DNA of 64,000 nt. Origin: Williopsis jadinii. Taxonomy: Eukaryota. This document shows, one piece after another, positions 41,749 through 52,824 of this stretch. The stretch covers positions 248,001 through 312,000 of the forward strand of contig AP024664.1 of the NCBI GenBank assembly GCA_024346625.1. Direction: 5' to 3'. The position numbers and the translations under genes were made by a program. The notes beneath the pieces were generated by a model that was given only the letters and a program-made list of their open reading frames with translations, had not been told where the DNA came from and ran no database searches. Each line of letters starts with the position of its first letter. Position 1 is the stretch's first letter.

Positions 41749-43428
41749 TTAATTTATCTCCATGAAGAATCTTCCTTCGCTTATGGCCTCCTCTGACATA
41801 GTCTTGGTACACTCTTTCAAGATCTTTGCCTGTTTTGCAATCTCACCAAGCTTACTGATAACAACCTCGTTACCTTCAACAAACCCATAGATCGAGTACT
41901 TCAACCCAACTCTGTCACAGAAGCCAATCACCATGGGCTGTAACTTACGGAAGTTATGTCTTGGGACCCTTGGGAACAGATGGTGGATTGCCTGGAACTG
42001 CAACCCTCCATGGAAGTAGTCAAACCATTCAGGACAGTCAACATCCATAGTGGTCCTTATCTGTCTTGAAGGGAACGACTCGTGAACACCAAGGTCCGAT
42101 GTCGACATTGCAAAGTGACTCAATGTGATTTGCACATGGACGATCATTGTTGTAATGTGACTGACCATGATATACATGAATCTTGTCCAATTGTCCGGGA
42201 TGGATTTGTAGACAACGAGGTAGAAGAACCACCAGTTGAAAAATGCCAAACCGAAGAGTTCATAGTAACGGAACCAGGCAGCTTTACCATGACGAGGTCC
42301 CAGTCCTAGCAAGATATGCTCCCAGGACAGTCTATACAAGTTGAAGCGACCAAAACAAAGAATAGGGTAGTATAGGTAGTTTTGGATTGGAATCATCTTC
42401 TGAGCAAGCTTATCAAACCAGAGAAACTTGTCGTAATAGGTTGAGTAGACGTTGCCAAAGAGTCTTGAGCTAACTGCGAAAAATGGTAAATGCTGGATGT
42501 CCGGGTCATGAACTGGATCATTGGTTATGAGGTGGTGAACGTTATGGTTACGTTTCCACCATCCAAGTGACAGCCCACCGATCCACGATGCCACCGTCAT
42601 TCCAATGATGTTATCCACCTGGTAGTTATGAGTGATGCTAATATGGCCAGCATCATGAGCGATGAACACCAATTGCTGCCATGCCAACCCCATGAACACG
42701 GCAGATACAAAATACCACTTGAAATAGAGCAATACAAAAGAGGCTGTGAAGAGACTTCCAATCCGCAATGCCTCACGACCATAGGCCCAATAATCACATT
42801 GGTAGAACCCTCCTGCGATCACTTGTTCGTGCAGCTTGTTGTACTCCTTTGATAGAAACTCTTGTGTTGCAGGATCCAACGCTGGAAGGCTTCTGATATC
42901 TTGCTCCACGAGCGAATGGTCATAGTTCGTTATGACACTCGCAGGGTCTGTTATCACCTGACGTTCGTAAGCCTCTTTCGTAGAAAGAGACGGAATCAAG
43001 TCGCCCTCGATTGGAGGAACAATCTTCGCCACCAGCACCTCGCCAGCCATGGGACTCCGGGTGCACTTCTCATCAGTCAGTGTCGAATCACTCCCTGCAG
43101 AGTCCGACAACACCTCTTTGGTGCCCTTCTGCTCATCCAAAGTCCGGTACACACCACCTTGGATTGGAGGCCTCATGTTCTCCCATTTGTAGTCAATCTC
43201 GCCAATCTTCCAACGCAGGAAAGTATCCTGTGTCTCATCACAGTGATACGCAACCATCTCGTCCGTGGCGTCCCGTCCGATCAAATGATACACAGCTTTG
43301 TCACCACCTGGATGGAACTTGATCCAATTGTTCAGCCGTAAAACGTGCGAATTGTAGATGACAATGGCATCACCAAGCGCAATCCTGTGTTCTATCTCGG
43401 CCCTCGACAAGATTCTACTCTTTGACAT
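41749..43428 (-). CDS. SLD1: Delta8-sphingolipid desaturase with cytochrome b5 domain
   Basis: HPGG heme motif; His boxes HDAGH, HNVHH and QAIHHLFP. Confidence 0.93.
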   Translation of the reverse strand: MSKSRILSRAEIEHRIALGDAIVIYNSHVLRLNNWIKFHPGGDKAVYHLIGRDATDEMVAYHCDETQDTFLRWKIGEIDYKWENMRPPIQGGVYRTLDEQKGTKEVLSDSAGSDSTLTDEKCTRSPMAGEVLVAKIVPPIEGDLIPSLSTKEAYERQVITDPASVITNYDHSLVEQDIRSLPALDPATQEFLSKEYNKLHEQVIAGGFYQCDYWAYGREALRIGSLFTASFVLLYFKWYFVSAVFMGLAWQQLVFIAHDAGHISITHNYQVDNIIGMTVASWIGGLSLGWWKRNHNVHHLITNDPVHDPDIQHLPFFAVSSRLFGNVYSTYYDKFLWFDKLAQKMIPIQNYLYYPILCFGRFNLYRLSWEHILLGLGPRHGKAAWFRYYELFGLAFFNWWFFYLVVYKSIPDNWTRFMYIMVSHITTMIVHVQITLSHFAMSTSDLGVHESFPSRQIRTTMDVDCPEWFDYFHGGLQFQAIHHLFPRVPRHNFRKLQPMVIGFCDRVGLKYSIYGFVEGNEVVISKLGEIAKQAKILKECTKTMSEEAISEGRFFMEIN

Positions 43429-43607
43429 CGTTTGCAATCTTCAATGAACCGACAACCTGTCCGTGTAAAACGAGATGAAGCACCACCGAGCAGGGGAGGA
43501 AAAGGCGTCGTTTAAGATGAAAGAACTCGTGAGGAAAAAGTGAGCTCATCGGGGATTAAAAAAGAAAGAAACATGCAACGTTACGAATTTGGCACATAGC
43601 CGAGATG

Positions 43608-43667
43608 CACCCGGACACCTAAACATCTGGACACCGTAACATCTGGACACCGTCACACCCGGACATC
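43608..43667. repeat. 7.5-unit 8-bp degenerate telomere/Rap1-like array in the SLD1/SRP102 divergent promoter
   Basis: CACCCGGA CACCTAAA CATCTGGA CACCGTAA CATCTGGA CACCGTCA CACCCGGA CATC. Confidence 0.8.
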
Positions 43668-43765
43668 ATATATAAACTCTCGAGCTTTCATCACAAGCTC
43701 CCACGGCCACTTTCCCTCACACATCGACGGCAATTCCACCATCGGACACACGTCAAAGCAGGCAA

Positions 43766-44536
43766 ATGTCACTATCCAACGTCCTACTGGTTACATTCGT
43801 GGCCATCTTGGTCGCTACAGGTGTGCTCGTCATCCTTCAAAGGCAGTCAAGTGCCGTGGCAATACCACTACTGGGAGGTAAAGCCACCAACAAACAACCA
43901 ACGTATATCATCTGTGGTCCTTCGAACAGTGGGAAAACGGTGCTGTTTCACCACTTGACCCAGCACAGATTCGTTCCGACGGTGTTATCACAGGAACCAA
44001 ACTCGACGACGAAATTCCCGCTGCCTTCCTCCGGTGCCTCTGTACAAGAGTTCAAGCTTGTTGAATTCCCGGGCCATAACAAGCTACGTTCCATGCTATA
44101 CGACGAGATTAAGCAGAGTCCGAATATCCATGGGCTCATTTTCTGCCTTGACTCCACCACTGACCCTAAGCAACTGTCTGAGAGTGCTAAATTCCTCTAC
44201 AATGTTCTCGTGCTGACTGAAAGAAGACCTGGTGGTGTGGATGTGCTAGTGGCTTGTACCAAGAACGAGTCCTTCAGCGCAAGACAGCCAAAGAAGATTA
44301 GAGAGGTTATGGAGAATGAGATTGGTGTGTATAGATCTCTTCAAAGCTCTAACGTTTCAAAAAATGACGGTGATAACGATGGAGATGATGACGATGAGCT
44401 CGATCTCGGTGATGCTGGCGCAAAATTCCAATTCGATCAACTCGAGGCTAACGTTGACTTCATCGGTGGCAGTGTGCTAAAGGGCAAGACTGACCAGTGG
44501 GAATGTTGGATTGACGAGAGATCTGTAAACTTTTAA
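43766..44536 (+). CDS. SRP102: Signal recognition particle receptor beta subunit
   Basis: N-terminal TM, GPSNSGKT P-loop, EFPGH.KLR, C-terminal W..WIDE. Confidence 0.93.
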   Translation: MSLSNVLLVTFVAILVATGVLVILQRQSSAVAIPLLGGKATNKQPTYIICGPSNSGKTVLFHHLTQHRFVPTVLSQEPNSTTKFPLPSSGASVQEFKLVEFPGHNKLRSMLYDEIKQSPNIHGLIFCLDSTTDPKQLSESAKFLYNVLVLTERRPGGVDVLVACTKNESFSARQPKKIREVMENEIGVYRSLQSSNVSKNDGDNDGDDDDELDLGDAGAKFQFDQLEANVDFIGGSVLKGKTDQWECWIDERSVNF

Positions 44537-44593
44537 TACTAACAATAATAATAACGTGTATGGATTACTAACTACCTCGTCCAGCTATGTTCT

Positions 44594-46180
44594 CTAGTCA
44601 AAGGTAATCTTCTTTGGCTTCTTGGTCATATCAACATCTTTGAAGAATGCACCGTAGGCACCGTGTTCCTTCTTCTTTGTATGGGAACCAAATTTTAAGA
44701 GTTCATCTGGAACCGGTTGGTTGGCACCTTTCAACACGTTGATGAGAGCACCACTTAAATGTTTCTCATTCTCTGTGAAGAGCGTATGTGCCACACCTGT
44801 TTGACCAGCTCTACCGGTTCTACCAATTCTATGGACGTAGTCTTCAACTGTCAACGGGAAAGTCAAGTTAATGACGGTCTTCACATTTGGAATATCCAAA
44901 CCTCTAGCTGCAACATCCGTTGCCAACAACAGGTTGGATCTTCCCTTCTTGAAACTGTCCAAAGCTGCTGTTCTCTGTTGTTGTGATAGATCACCGTGAA
45001 TAGCAGCAACGTGGTATCCTTTACTCTCGAGCATTCTCTCGATACGGGCAGCTTCTTTCTTATAAAGGGCAAAGATTAACACTTTGTCGTCCTTCTTAGA
45101 ACCAGATTGGTACTTCTTCAAGAGATCAAGAAGCTTGTACTCTTTACCTCTTGGATCAACAACTTCAACGATTTGGGTGATTCTCTTGTTGGCACTCAAC
45201 TCATCACGGTCACCGATGGACACTTTGACCGGTTCCTTCATGAATCCTTGGGCCAATTCTCTAACCTCCTTTGGCCAAGTGGCTGTAAACATAAGAGTCT
45301 GTCTATCTGGTGAGGTTGAAGATCTCATGACGTTCTTGATGTCTTCTTCGAATCCCTTCTCCAACATTCTATCAGCCTCATCCAACACCAAGTAAGAGAC
45401 CTGTGAGAGATCTACAGCACCCTCATTCATCAAATCAATGAGTCTACCTGGGGTGGCAATGACGATGTTTGCTCTAACGAGGTCTTTACGTTGTTGATCC
45501 TTTGGAACACCACCGTAGAGACATACAATGTTCAAGTTTGTCTTGTCTGTCAAGTTCTTCAAGTTGTCATAGATCTGAGATGCCAACTCTCTTGTAGGGG
45601 AAATGACGAGAACCTTGATTCCCTTTGTCTTACCAGTTGTCACCAGGTTGTTGACAGCTGGAACACCAAAGGCTAATGTCTTACCAGAACCAGTCTCAGC
45701 AACACCAATAACGTCACGGTTGGACAAAAGGTATGGCCATGAAACAGCCTGGATAGGTGTTGGCTGTGGGAATTTGGCAATCTCCTGCTGAATCTTTGGA
45801 GAGAGTGAGATGTGTGAGAACGAAAGAAGTGGACGTAATGTAGAGGAACGTGGGTCTTCAACAGTGACTTCGTTCTTCTTAAAGAACTCATCAACCTCTG
45901 ACTGCGGGACACTTGAGAGCTCTGCTGATTGGACGTAGGAGCCAGACACAGATAGAGCATCAGATTTGTCCTCTTGTTTTGATTCTTTGCCCTTGTCCTT
46001 CTTTTCCTTCTTCTCCTTCTTCTCGGACTTCTCCTTCTTTTCCTTCTTCTCCTTCTTCTCCTTCTTCTCGTGCTTATCCTTCTTCTCGGACTTCTCCTTC
46101 TTCTCCTTCTTCAATCTCTTCTTCTCCTGCTTCTCCTCCTCCGACAACTTTCTCTTCTTTTCCTTGATCTCTTCACCCAT
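44594..46180 (-). CDS. DBP3: DEAD-box RNA helicase Dbp3 (60S biogenesis) with KEK-repeat N-terminus
   Basis: [31 protein letters not shown]-terminal [13 protein letters not shown]...KITFD. PAC/RRPE motifs at ~46260-46300. Confidence 0.96.
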   Translation of the reverse strand: MGEEIKEKKRKLSEEEKQEKKRLKKEKKEKSEKKDKHEKKEKKEKKEKKEKSEKKEKKEKKDKGKESKQEDKSDALSVSGSYVQSAELSSVPQSEVDEFFKKNEVTVEDPRSSTLRPLLSFSHISLSPKIQQEIAKFPQPTPIQAVSWPYLLSNRDVIGVAETGSGKTLAFGVPAVNNLVTTGKTKGIKVLVISPTRELASQIYDNLKNLTDKTNLNIVCLYGGVPKDQQRKDLVRANIVIATPGRLIDLMNEGAVDLSQVSYLVLDEADRMLEKGFEEDIKNVMRSSTSPDRQTLMFTATWPKEVRELAQGFMKEPVKVSIGDRDELSANKRITQIVEVVDPRGKEYKLLDLLKKYQSGSKKDDKVLIFALYKKEAARIERMLESKGYHVAAIHGDLSQQQRTAALDSFKKGRSNLLLATDVAARGLDIPNVKTVINLTFPLTVEDYVHRIGRTGRAGQTGVAHTLFTENEKHLSGALINVLKGANQPVPDELLKFGSHTKKKEHGAYGAFFKDVDMTKKPKKITFD

Positions 46181-48761
46181 TTTGTCTGCCTAGTTCTTGA
46201 TGATTGGCCCGTTATATAATCGGTTTACTCTCTCATCTTTGGAGAGAACAAAGAAAGAAGCTCATCTCATCTCGTTTGATGTGGGAATAAAAAAATTTCT
46301 CGGTGTCCCAAAGAGGAAATGGTTTTGTGCCCTGTATATTTGGGTGTACGGGTGTCATAGTGTGCTCCAACCATTATTGAATCCATAGAACAGTTCTGAT
46401 ATTGAATTATGCCATTGATGAGATACTTGGAGACTTGTTGAAGTCTTATGATTGAGAGGTTAATCATTGGATTCAAAGCACTGGATTCTATAGAGATGAT
46501 CTAATTTTTATTGAGTTATAATTTCTTTGGTAGGACAACACATTGATTTTAGTATGCTTCGATCAATTCACCAGCTGATAAAATTGAAGAGCTATTCTAT
46601 ATAAAAATTCAACCCGGCAGAATCAAGATTACACCAGTCTAAGATTACTGAGACAGCAAGATGCTTGTAGTAGGACTATTTTTACAGCTTTCCGAGACCA
46701 TTCGTAATTCTTGTGCTACTGGTAACAGATTATTTCCAGAAAATGTTTATCTTCATACTAAACCACCAGTATCTCAGGAACCTAAAAGGAAATTCCAAAA
46801 CACCACAACTACTATTTATCTAAACAGAATTATTCCCGTTGTTATCCAGTAGTCAATGACTGAATCCTTGTACTGTTGCCAGAAGACTCGTGCGGCACAG
46901 GCTACTTGGACTAGAGGTGTTCCCTAAGCGATGTACCACAGCGTAGCACGGGTACAAGAAGAGTCGTAAACATATCCTAAAAATATTACAATAGTGTTTC
47001 AGCATCTACACTTATAGTTTCGAACATAGTGCAATACATGGCATCCAACCAAAACAATCTTCTCATACAACAAAAATTTACATATCCAAGGTCAGCACTC
47101 ATAGTCAGACCAGGAAGGAAATCCTCTTCAATTGCGAGTAAAAAAAAACATGCACTCGGCAGATGATCAATTGTTTGGTGTCCTGGTGTTAGAATACCTA
47201 AAGTAGAATATTACCTATTTGGGTATTTTTATGGGGCCTCCAATCTTGATGCTGGAACTATGATCTTGACTGTGTATCATTGGTTCTACAACTCCTCCTC
47301 AGGAAACATCCAACGACCAGTTAGGTCACATAGTCTAGTTTGCCTATGGCACATTCGAAATAATGCTTTTCTAGGACAGACTACGTACGACAAGCCAGAT
47401 AGTTGCCAGCTCTAAAAGACATGCACTATGAGCCTTTTCCAAGATTTGGATAAAACATTGAATCGTAGCCTTAAAACTGTCTTGTTTGGTGCTGAGTCTG
47501 AAAGACAGACTGTAAGCAGCCAATGCCACTTGAGTATAGCACATTTAGGTAATAAACCCAATAATTATTCTAATAAATCAGCCAAAAACGGGCTGTTGAT
47601 CCAATAGCCTGCATAGCTAAACTCATGCTGCATATAGACTCAAACCACTGTAATATTACGAGCTATACAACTTCAGTTACTGATTCAGAAGACCATTGAA
47701 TACAACTGTAGTGAACACACAGAACTGATTCACCAATCCAGTCCCTGTTTCTATCCCTGAGACTCCTGGAATTGAAACAATACATCAAACCACCAGATTA
47801 ACCAAGCGTGATGAGCCCACAACTCTGAACGTCCAGCGACTAACGTGCAATTAAGCAGATTTAGGAAAAACTACATGTGTCCACAGCTCCATACCCAAAT
47901 ACACTACTCCATACCGGATTTTCCACAAGGTGCCGAGACTGTATTCAGGTGTTGCACCCATGTTTCAGGGAACCACTTTTGACAGAGAATTACAGTGCCC
48001 AGAAAGGTTTAGCAGTGTTGCGTTGCCTATTTACGGTTTAGCAATGTCGCCTAGGAGCGCTTATTTATACATTCTGTGGAAAGGCAGTGAAGATCTTCTA
48101 AGGGCATCGTTTATTCTATGCTGGCATTCAATGGCATGCCCTTTAAACCCCAAGTAATATATATTTATATTTTGTTTTGTTTGAGCCTTGTTCTACACAA
48201 CGATGTGTCGAAAATGCGTCAAGAGACCACGATTAAGAGAATGACGACACGCAAAGGTGGCGATTTGACCCCACGTAGAGGCGTACACATAGCACGATGT
48301 TGCTCTTGAGGCCGAGTATGATCAGGCCAATGGATGGCGTGAGTGAGTAGAACACCTTTTATGCACGGCGATGGTTCTGTTTATGTTGTGTTCGTTACGC
48401 CCTTATGCTTATATGTTCAATCGTAAGTTAACTACACCTAATGACAGCTGCAGAGTGACCGTCAGTGGCTTACAGACAGTCCACTGAAGCTGATGTGTAA
48501 GCAGAATATCATGCTTACGGGAAGTGTTCTTTTCATAAACACTCACCCCCACAGTTTTCAATTGTCCGTGAACAGTTTATAAACCTTTCAGTGCGGTAAC
48601 CCATACTTTTGCATATCATCACATCAACAAAATGCATGCTCTTGCATTGTTGAAGAAGAAGGTGATACAAGTATATAAATGGGTGAAGTTGTTTCAATTG
48701 TGTGGGAGAAAGATGTAGTGAATGTTTGTACACTATCAGGTCTAGCAAAAACACACACACG

Positions 48762-50345
48762 ATGACTTCACCATTGCCTGTATCTCCAACACAGGATAGT
48801 GGACTTGAAGAACCAAAAGAGGTGAAGAACATAGGTTTGACACACACACTTCAAGAGAATGACGAAGATTCCAACAGCAGTAATGACGAAGATGTCCCAG
48901 ACTATTCATGGAGCTCTATAAAACGTTATACAAGGACTAGATTCACAACTTTGGGTGAATTGCACTTGGACTCACTTAGCGACTTGAACCCTTTACCTGC
49001 TTTGAAAGAAATGACTCCACGTAATTGGAATTTCTTCTTCATGGGCTTCATCGCATGGTTCTCAGCCTCCTTTGCCTTCTTCTTGACTGCTGTGTCAGGC
49101 ACTGTCATTGCAGAGTCATTGGAGGTTTCAACGAAGGATATTACATGGGGACTGAGCTCAGTGCTGATGGTTCGTTCTGCAGGTGCCGTGATCTTTGGCC
49201 TGTGGACTGATAACTATTCAAGAAAATGGCCCTTCATCGCAACAGCTGCGATGTTCTGTGTATTGCAAATAGGTACTGGATTCTGCAATACTTATACACA
49301 GTTTCTTGCTGTGAGAGCGCTATCAGGTGTTGCAATGGGTGGAACTTACGCTACTGCAGCTGCAACCTCGCTAGAGGATGCACCATTGAAGGCTCGTTCA
49401 ACGTTATCTGGATTGTTCTTCACGGCTTATCCTTTTGGTATGGTGTTTGCAGCCATATTTTGGAGAGCATTCCAGGAAACAGACCATACTTGGAAAGCGT
49501 TGTTCTGGTTCTCTGCAGGCATTCCATTTGTGTTGATAATTTGGAGATTGCTCTATCCTGAGACTATATACTTTACAGAGCTTTTGAAAGTTAAGAAGTT
49601 GATCAAAGAAGAAGCAAGCAACTCTCCAAAGGTTAGTAAGTGGGCAAAAACAAAGACCATGTTCTCCAAATATTGGTTACTATTCACATATTTGGTCTTG
49701 CTCTTAGCCAGCTCCAACTTCTTAACACATGCTTCTCAGGATATGTATCCGACAATGCTTAGATCCCAATTTGGGTGGTCTAACGATGCACAGACAGTGG
49801 CCATTGTCGTGACAAACCTGGGTGGAGTCATAGGTTCGTTGGTTACTGGTATAGTGATGGAAGTACTTGGTCGTCGATTGAGCATTCTGCTGTGTTGTGT
49901 TATTGGTGGAAGCTTTATATACCCAGCTTTGATGCTTCACACCACAAGTGCAACCTTGGGATGTGGGTTCTTTATGATGTTTGGTGTGCTGGGGGTTTGG
50001 GGAGTAATTCCAGCCCACCTTTCAGAACTATCACCTCCTGATGCCCGTGTCTTGGTCTCTGGACTAGCTTATCAATTGGGTAACCTTGCATCTTCTGCCT
50101 CCTCAACCATTGAAACGGATCTGGCTCAAAGATGGCCATTAGAATGGGACGCTGAAGGTAACGTTATAAGACTTGACTATGCAAAGACTATTGCCGTTTT
50201 CACAGGTGCTGTCTTCATCTATACCGTTGTAATTGCACTTGTGGGACCAGAGAAGTACCACAGGGATTTGAATTCACCTCTTCTCAAGAAGTACTTTGCA
50301 AAGTTGAGAGAGAATGACGTTGAAAAGGGCTCTTCAAGTGAATGA
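48762..50345 (+). CDS. JEN1: JEN-family monocarboxylate (lactate) transporter
   Basis: DITWGLSSVLMVRSAGA, DNYSRKWP, NFLTHASQDMYPT, YQLGNLASS. Likely ATG at 48762. Confidence 0.85.
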   Translation: MTSPLPVSPTQDSGLEEPKEVKNIGLTHTLQENDEDSNSSNDEDVPDYSWSSIKRYTRTRFTTLGELHLDSLSDLNPLPALKEMTPRNWNFFFMGFIAWFSASFAFFLTAVSGTVIAESLEVSTKDITWGLSSVLMVRSAGAVIFGLWTDNYSRKWPFIATAAMFCVLQIGTGFCNTYTQFLAVRALSGVAMGGTYATAAATSLEDAPLKARSTLSGLFFTAYPFGMVFAAIFWRAFQETDHTWKALFWFSAGIPFVLIIWRLLYPETIYFTELLKVKKLIKEEASNSPKVSKWAKTKTMFSKYWLLFTYLVLLLASSNFLTHASQDMYPTMLRSQFGWSNDAQTVAIVVTNLGGVIGSLVTGIVMEVLGRRLSILLCCVIGGSFIYPALMLHTTSATLGCGFFMMFGVLGVWGVIPAHLSELSPPDARVLVSGLAYQLGNLASSASSTIETDLAQRWPLEWDAEGNVIRLDYAKTIAVFTGAVFIYTVVIALVGPEKYHRDLNSPLLKKYFAKLRENDVEKGSSSE

Positions 50346-50539
50346 AATGTTCCATGTATGAATAATTTTCCAACTACGAATAGTTATGAATGAGATAATG
50401 AATGATTTTGAGGCGAATTTTACATCATTTGTAGTTATATATGAGGGACACCAAAGTGGTCAAGATATAAACCGTACATGGAGAGAGAAAGAAGGGATAA
50501 ATATAAATTAGATAGAAAGACAGGTAGAGGAAAGTGCCA

Positions 50540-51784
50540 TCATTCTAGGTTGGCATACACAGCACTTTCAATTTGAACCCAAGAGCCTAGAACTTGTGCA
50601 TCTCCAAATGGTAGGATCTGACCAGCAACCATTCCTGCAATTCCTTTTTCTCTATCACACCAATAGAAGCAGTTGGCGATACCACACCAAAATGCCGTAT
50701 TGGCACCACGACCAGTTGCACCAGGTTCTGGTGTTAAGAACCAGGAAAGACCCCAACCTTGGGGTGCAGATCCTTGGGGATAGATCTCATCAAGTGCATT
50801 TGTCAACAGAGGGTCGGCATCTGGGAGACCTTTTCTTCCAAAATCTGGCCATTGTGGAATCTGATTTGTGAAGAGAAGATCCACGAAGTCCTTTGAGAGG
50901 ATTCTAGCACCAGTTTTCGGTGATTCACCATCGTTCAAGATTACACTCAATATCTGAACATAGTCATGAGGTTTCGAAAACAGCCCGGCCCCTCCAGAGT
51001 GGAAAAACAGCTCATCATAAGAACCAGTGACAACCTTTTGGTAATAGTGTTTGATTGTTGACAATTCTCCGGTTTGGCCATCGCGTCTACTAATATCCAC
51101 GAGTTTTGATCTTTGAAGTTCATCCGGGGTGAATGAACTTTCCGTTAACCCTAATGGAATTAGAATATGGTTCTTGATATAATCACCAAGCTTCTCACCC
51201 GTGACTCGCTCCAACGCTACACCTGCCCAATCGATACCGACGCCGTACTGCCAATCAGTACCTGGTTCAAAGAGCAGAGGAAACAGCAATTCCTGAGGAA
51301 GACTGGCATTGAATTCGTCAACTGCGAAATACTCCTTCCATTTTTGTAGCACTGGGCTGAAGAAGGAATAACCGAAACCTGACGTATGGGACAGAAGCAT
51401 ACGTAGAGTTATACGCTTGGTCTTTGGTTTCAAAACGATATTACCCTCTGAGTCTTCTGAGGCTATTGGAACGTGTTTCAGCTCCGGTATGATCGACTCC
51501 AATTGGTCCGAATCATCCAAGTCCAATATTCCTTGCTCAACTAGTTGCAAAACTGCAATGGTAGCAACGATCTTTGTACAGCTGGCAAGCCACCATAGAG
51601 AGTCTGTTGAAACTCTTTCCGAACTATCTGCGCTCTTTACCCCGTTAGCGTATGAGACCAAGTCTTCACCTTTGTTGTTGATAATGGACACCGAAAGTCC
51701 TGGGATCGTCCTGTGTGGGTCCGAAGTAGCATCATTGACGATTTGCTTTATAGCATCCACACCCTTGGAGGTTAGTTTCGACAT
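50540..51784 (-). CDS. Beta-lactamase-fold serine hydrolase/esterase (LovD/EstB-like)
   Basis: SxxK (ASCTK), LLSHTSG, FEPGTDWQYGVG.DW, SGGAGLFS, W.G.ANC.YW.DR. Confidence 0.88.
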   Translation of the reverse strand: MSKLTSKGVDAIKQIVNDATSDPHRTIPGLSVSIINNKGEDLVSYANGVKSADSSERVSTDSLWWLASCTKIVATIAVLQLVEQGILDLDDSDQLESIIPELKHVPIASEDSEGNIVLKPKTKRITLRMLLSHTSGFGYSFFSPVLQKWKEYFAVDEFNASLPQELLFPLLFEPGTDWQYGVGIDWAGVALERVTGEKLGDYIKNHILIPLGLTESSFTPDELQRSKLVDISRRDGQTGELSTIKHYYQKVVTGSYDELFFHSGGAGLFSKPHDYVQILSVILNDGESPKTGARILSKDFVDLLFTNQIPQWPDFGRKGLPDADPLLTNALDEIYPQGSAPQGWGLSWFLTPEPGATGRGANTAFWCGIANCFYWCDREKGIAGMVAGQILPFGDAQVLGSWVQIESAVYANLE

Positions 51785-52001
51785 GTTGTTTCTCCACGCT
51801 GCTGACTGGGTGTTTTCAGGCAGAGCTATGGAGGACTACCGGGGCTCCTTATATCGTAAACACATAGATGGACTCTTGCTATGAGTACGGTTGACTCCCT
51901 GCACCCCCGCTCTCTTGACGGTACAGAGGAGTGGTTGCACATGTCCTCCCTTCTCCACACGAAGGACTCCGCGAGGGATATCATTCGTGGCACATGACCG
52001 G

Positions 52002-52069
52002 TGTAGCACAGAGAGCGCTGTAGCACACAGAGCGCTGTGGCACAGAGAGCGCTGTAGCACACAGACCAC
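52002..52069. repeat. 17-bp tandem repeat, 4 copies
   Basis: TGTAGCACAGAGAGCGC / TGTAGCACACAGAGCGC / TGTGGCACAGAGAGCGC / TGTAGCACACAGACCAC. Confidence 0.95.
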
Positions 52070-52394
52070 TGCTCCCACTGGAGCATGACTGAAGAGGTGG
52101 GACTGCCCGCTCTCTCCGTGTATTCGCCTCTGGGCCTATGGCCAACTGCCTGTGAACAGAGGCATCTGCTGTCATCCTCTTAGACCAGCCGCTACAGCAG
52201 GCTTCACCATCAACATACAACCCACAACCTACAAGCACAGCGACATGGCGGCGGCCCTCCAGCACTCAACACTGAACGGCCAGCTACTGGACACAACGAA
52301 GATAGCACCACCAGCCGTGAGCCCACACGCGCTCAGTGTCACCGTGGACCGCCATAGCTGTCAACCCGTTGATTAAACAATCAACAATGACGCA

Positions 52395-52396
<2 letters not shown>

Positions 52397-52431
<35 letters not shown>
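52397..52431. repeat. (CA)17 microsatellite
   Basis: Perfect CA run. Confidence 0.98.
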
Positions 52432-52434
<3 letters not shown>

Positions 52435-52824
52435 GAATTTGTATGGATAAACTCCGAGAGTGCGGCCGCTGCGGCGCCCTAATGCCGATAAGCATTTGCC
52501 GGCGCACGGCACCAAACCGTGGTGTCCGGGTGTCCAGCGATGCCGTACGGAGTTTCCCTGTTGGGCTTCGTTTCCCGTTGGGCGTCGTTGCCCGTTGCTT
52601 CGGGGCCTTTGTGTCTGGCAGTTGTTCCTTCGCATGAGGCCCGCCAGTGGAAGCGCACGGATTCTAATACGCCGCCTACAGCGAAGAAGAAGGAGGAGCC
52701 GTATGTACAATTAGGAGGAAACAATAACGAGGTTTCCAGGGGAAGAAGTTTTTCTTGGGGGATTTTGCGGTTTGTGTCAGTTGTTCCATCACCGTCCTTG
52801 GTGGCATTGTAAGCAGCTTGCACG

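Noticed and set aside
45990..46160. Pyrimidine-rich CTT/CTC repeat tract
   Set aside because: Encodes the ordinary Lys/Glu-rich N-terminus of Dbp3.
46400..48700. Long gene-free region as a transposon or pseudogene
   Set aside because: No terminal repeats, target-site duplications or recognisable protein fragments found by eye; treated as DBP3/JEN1 promoter DNA.
52002..52069. 17-bp repeat (and the 30-bp repeat at 24832) as a CRISPR array
   Set aside because: Units are head-to-tail without unique spacers, there are no cas genes, and the context is eukaryotic.
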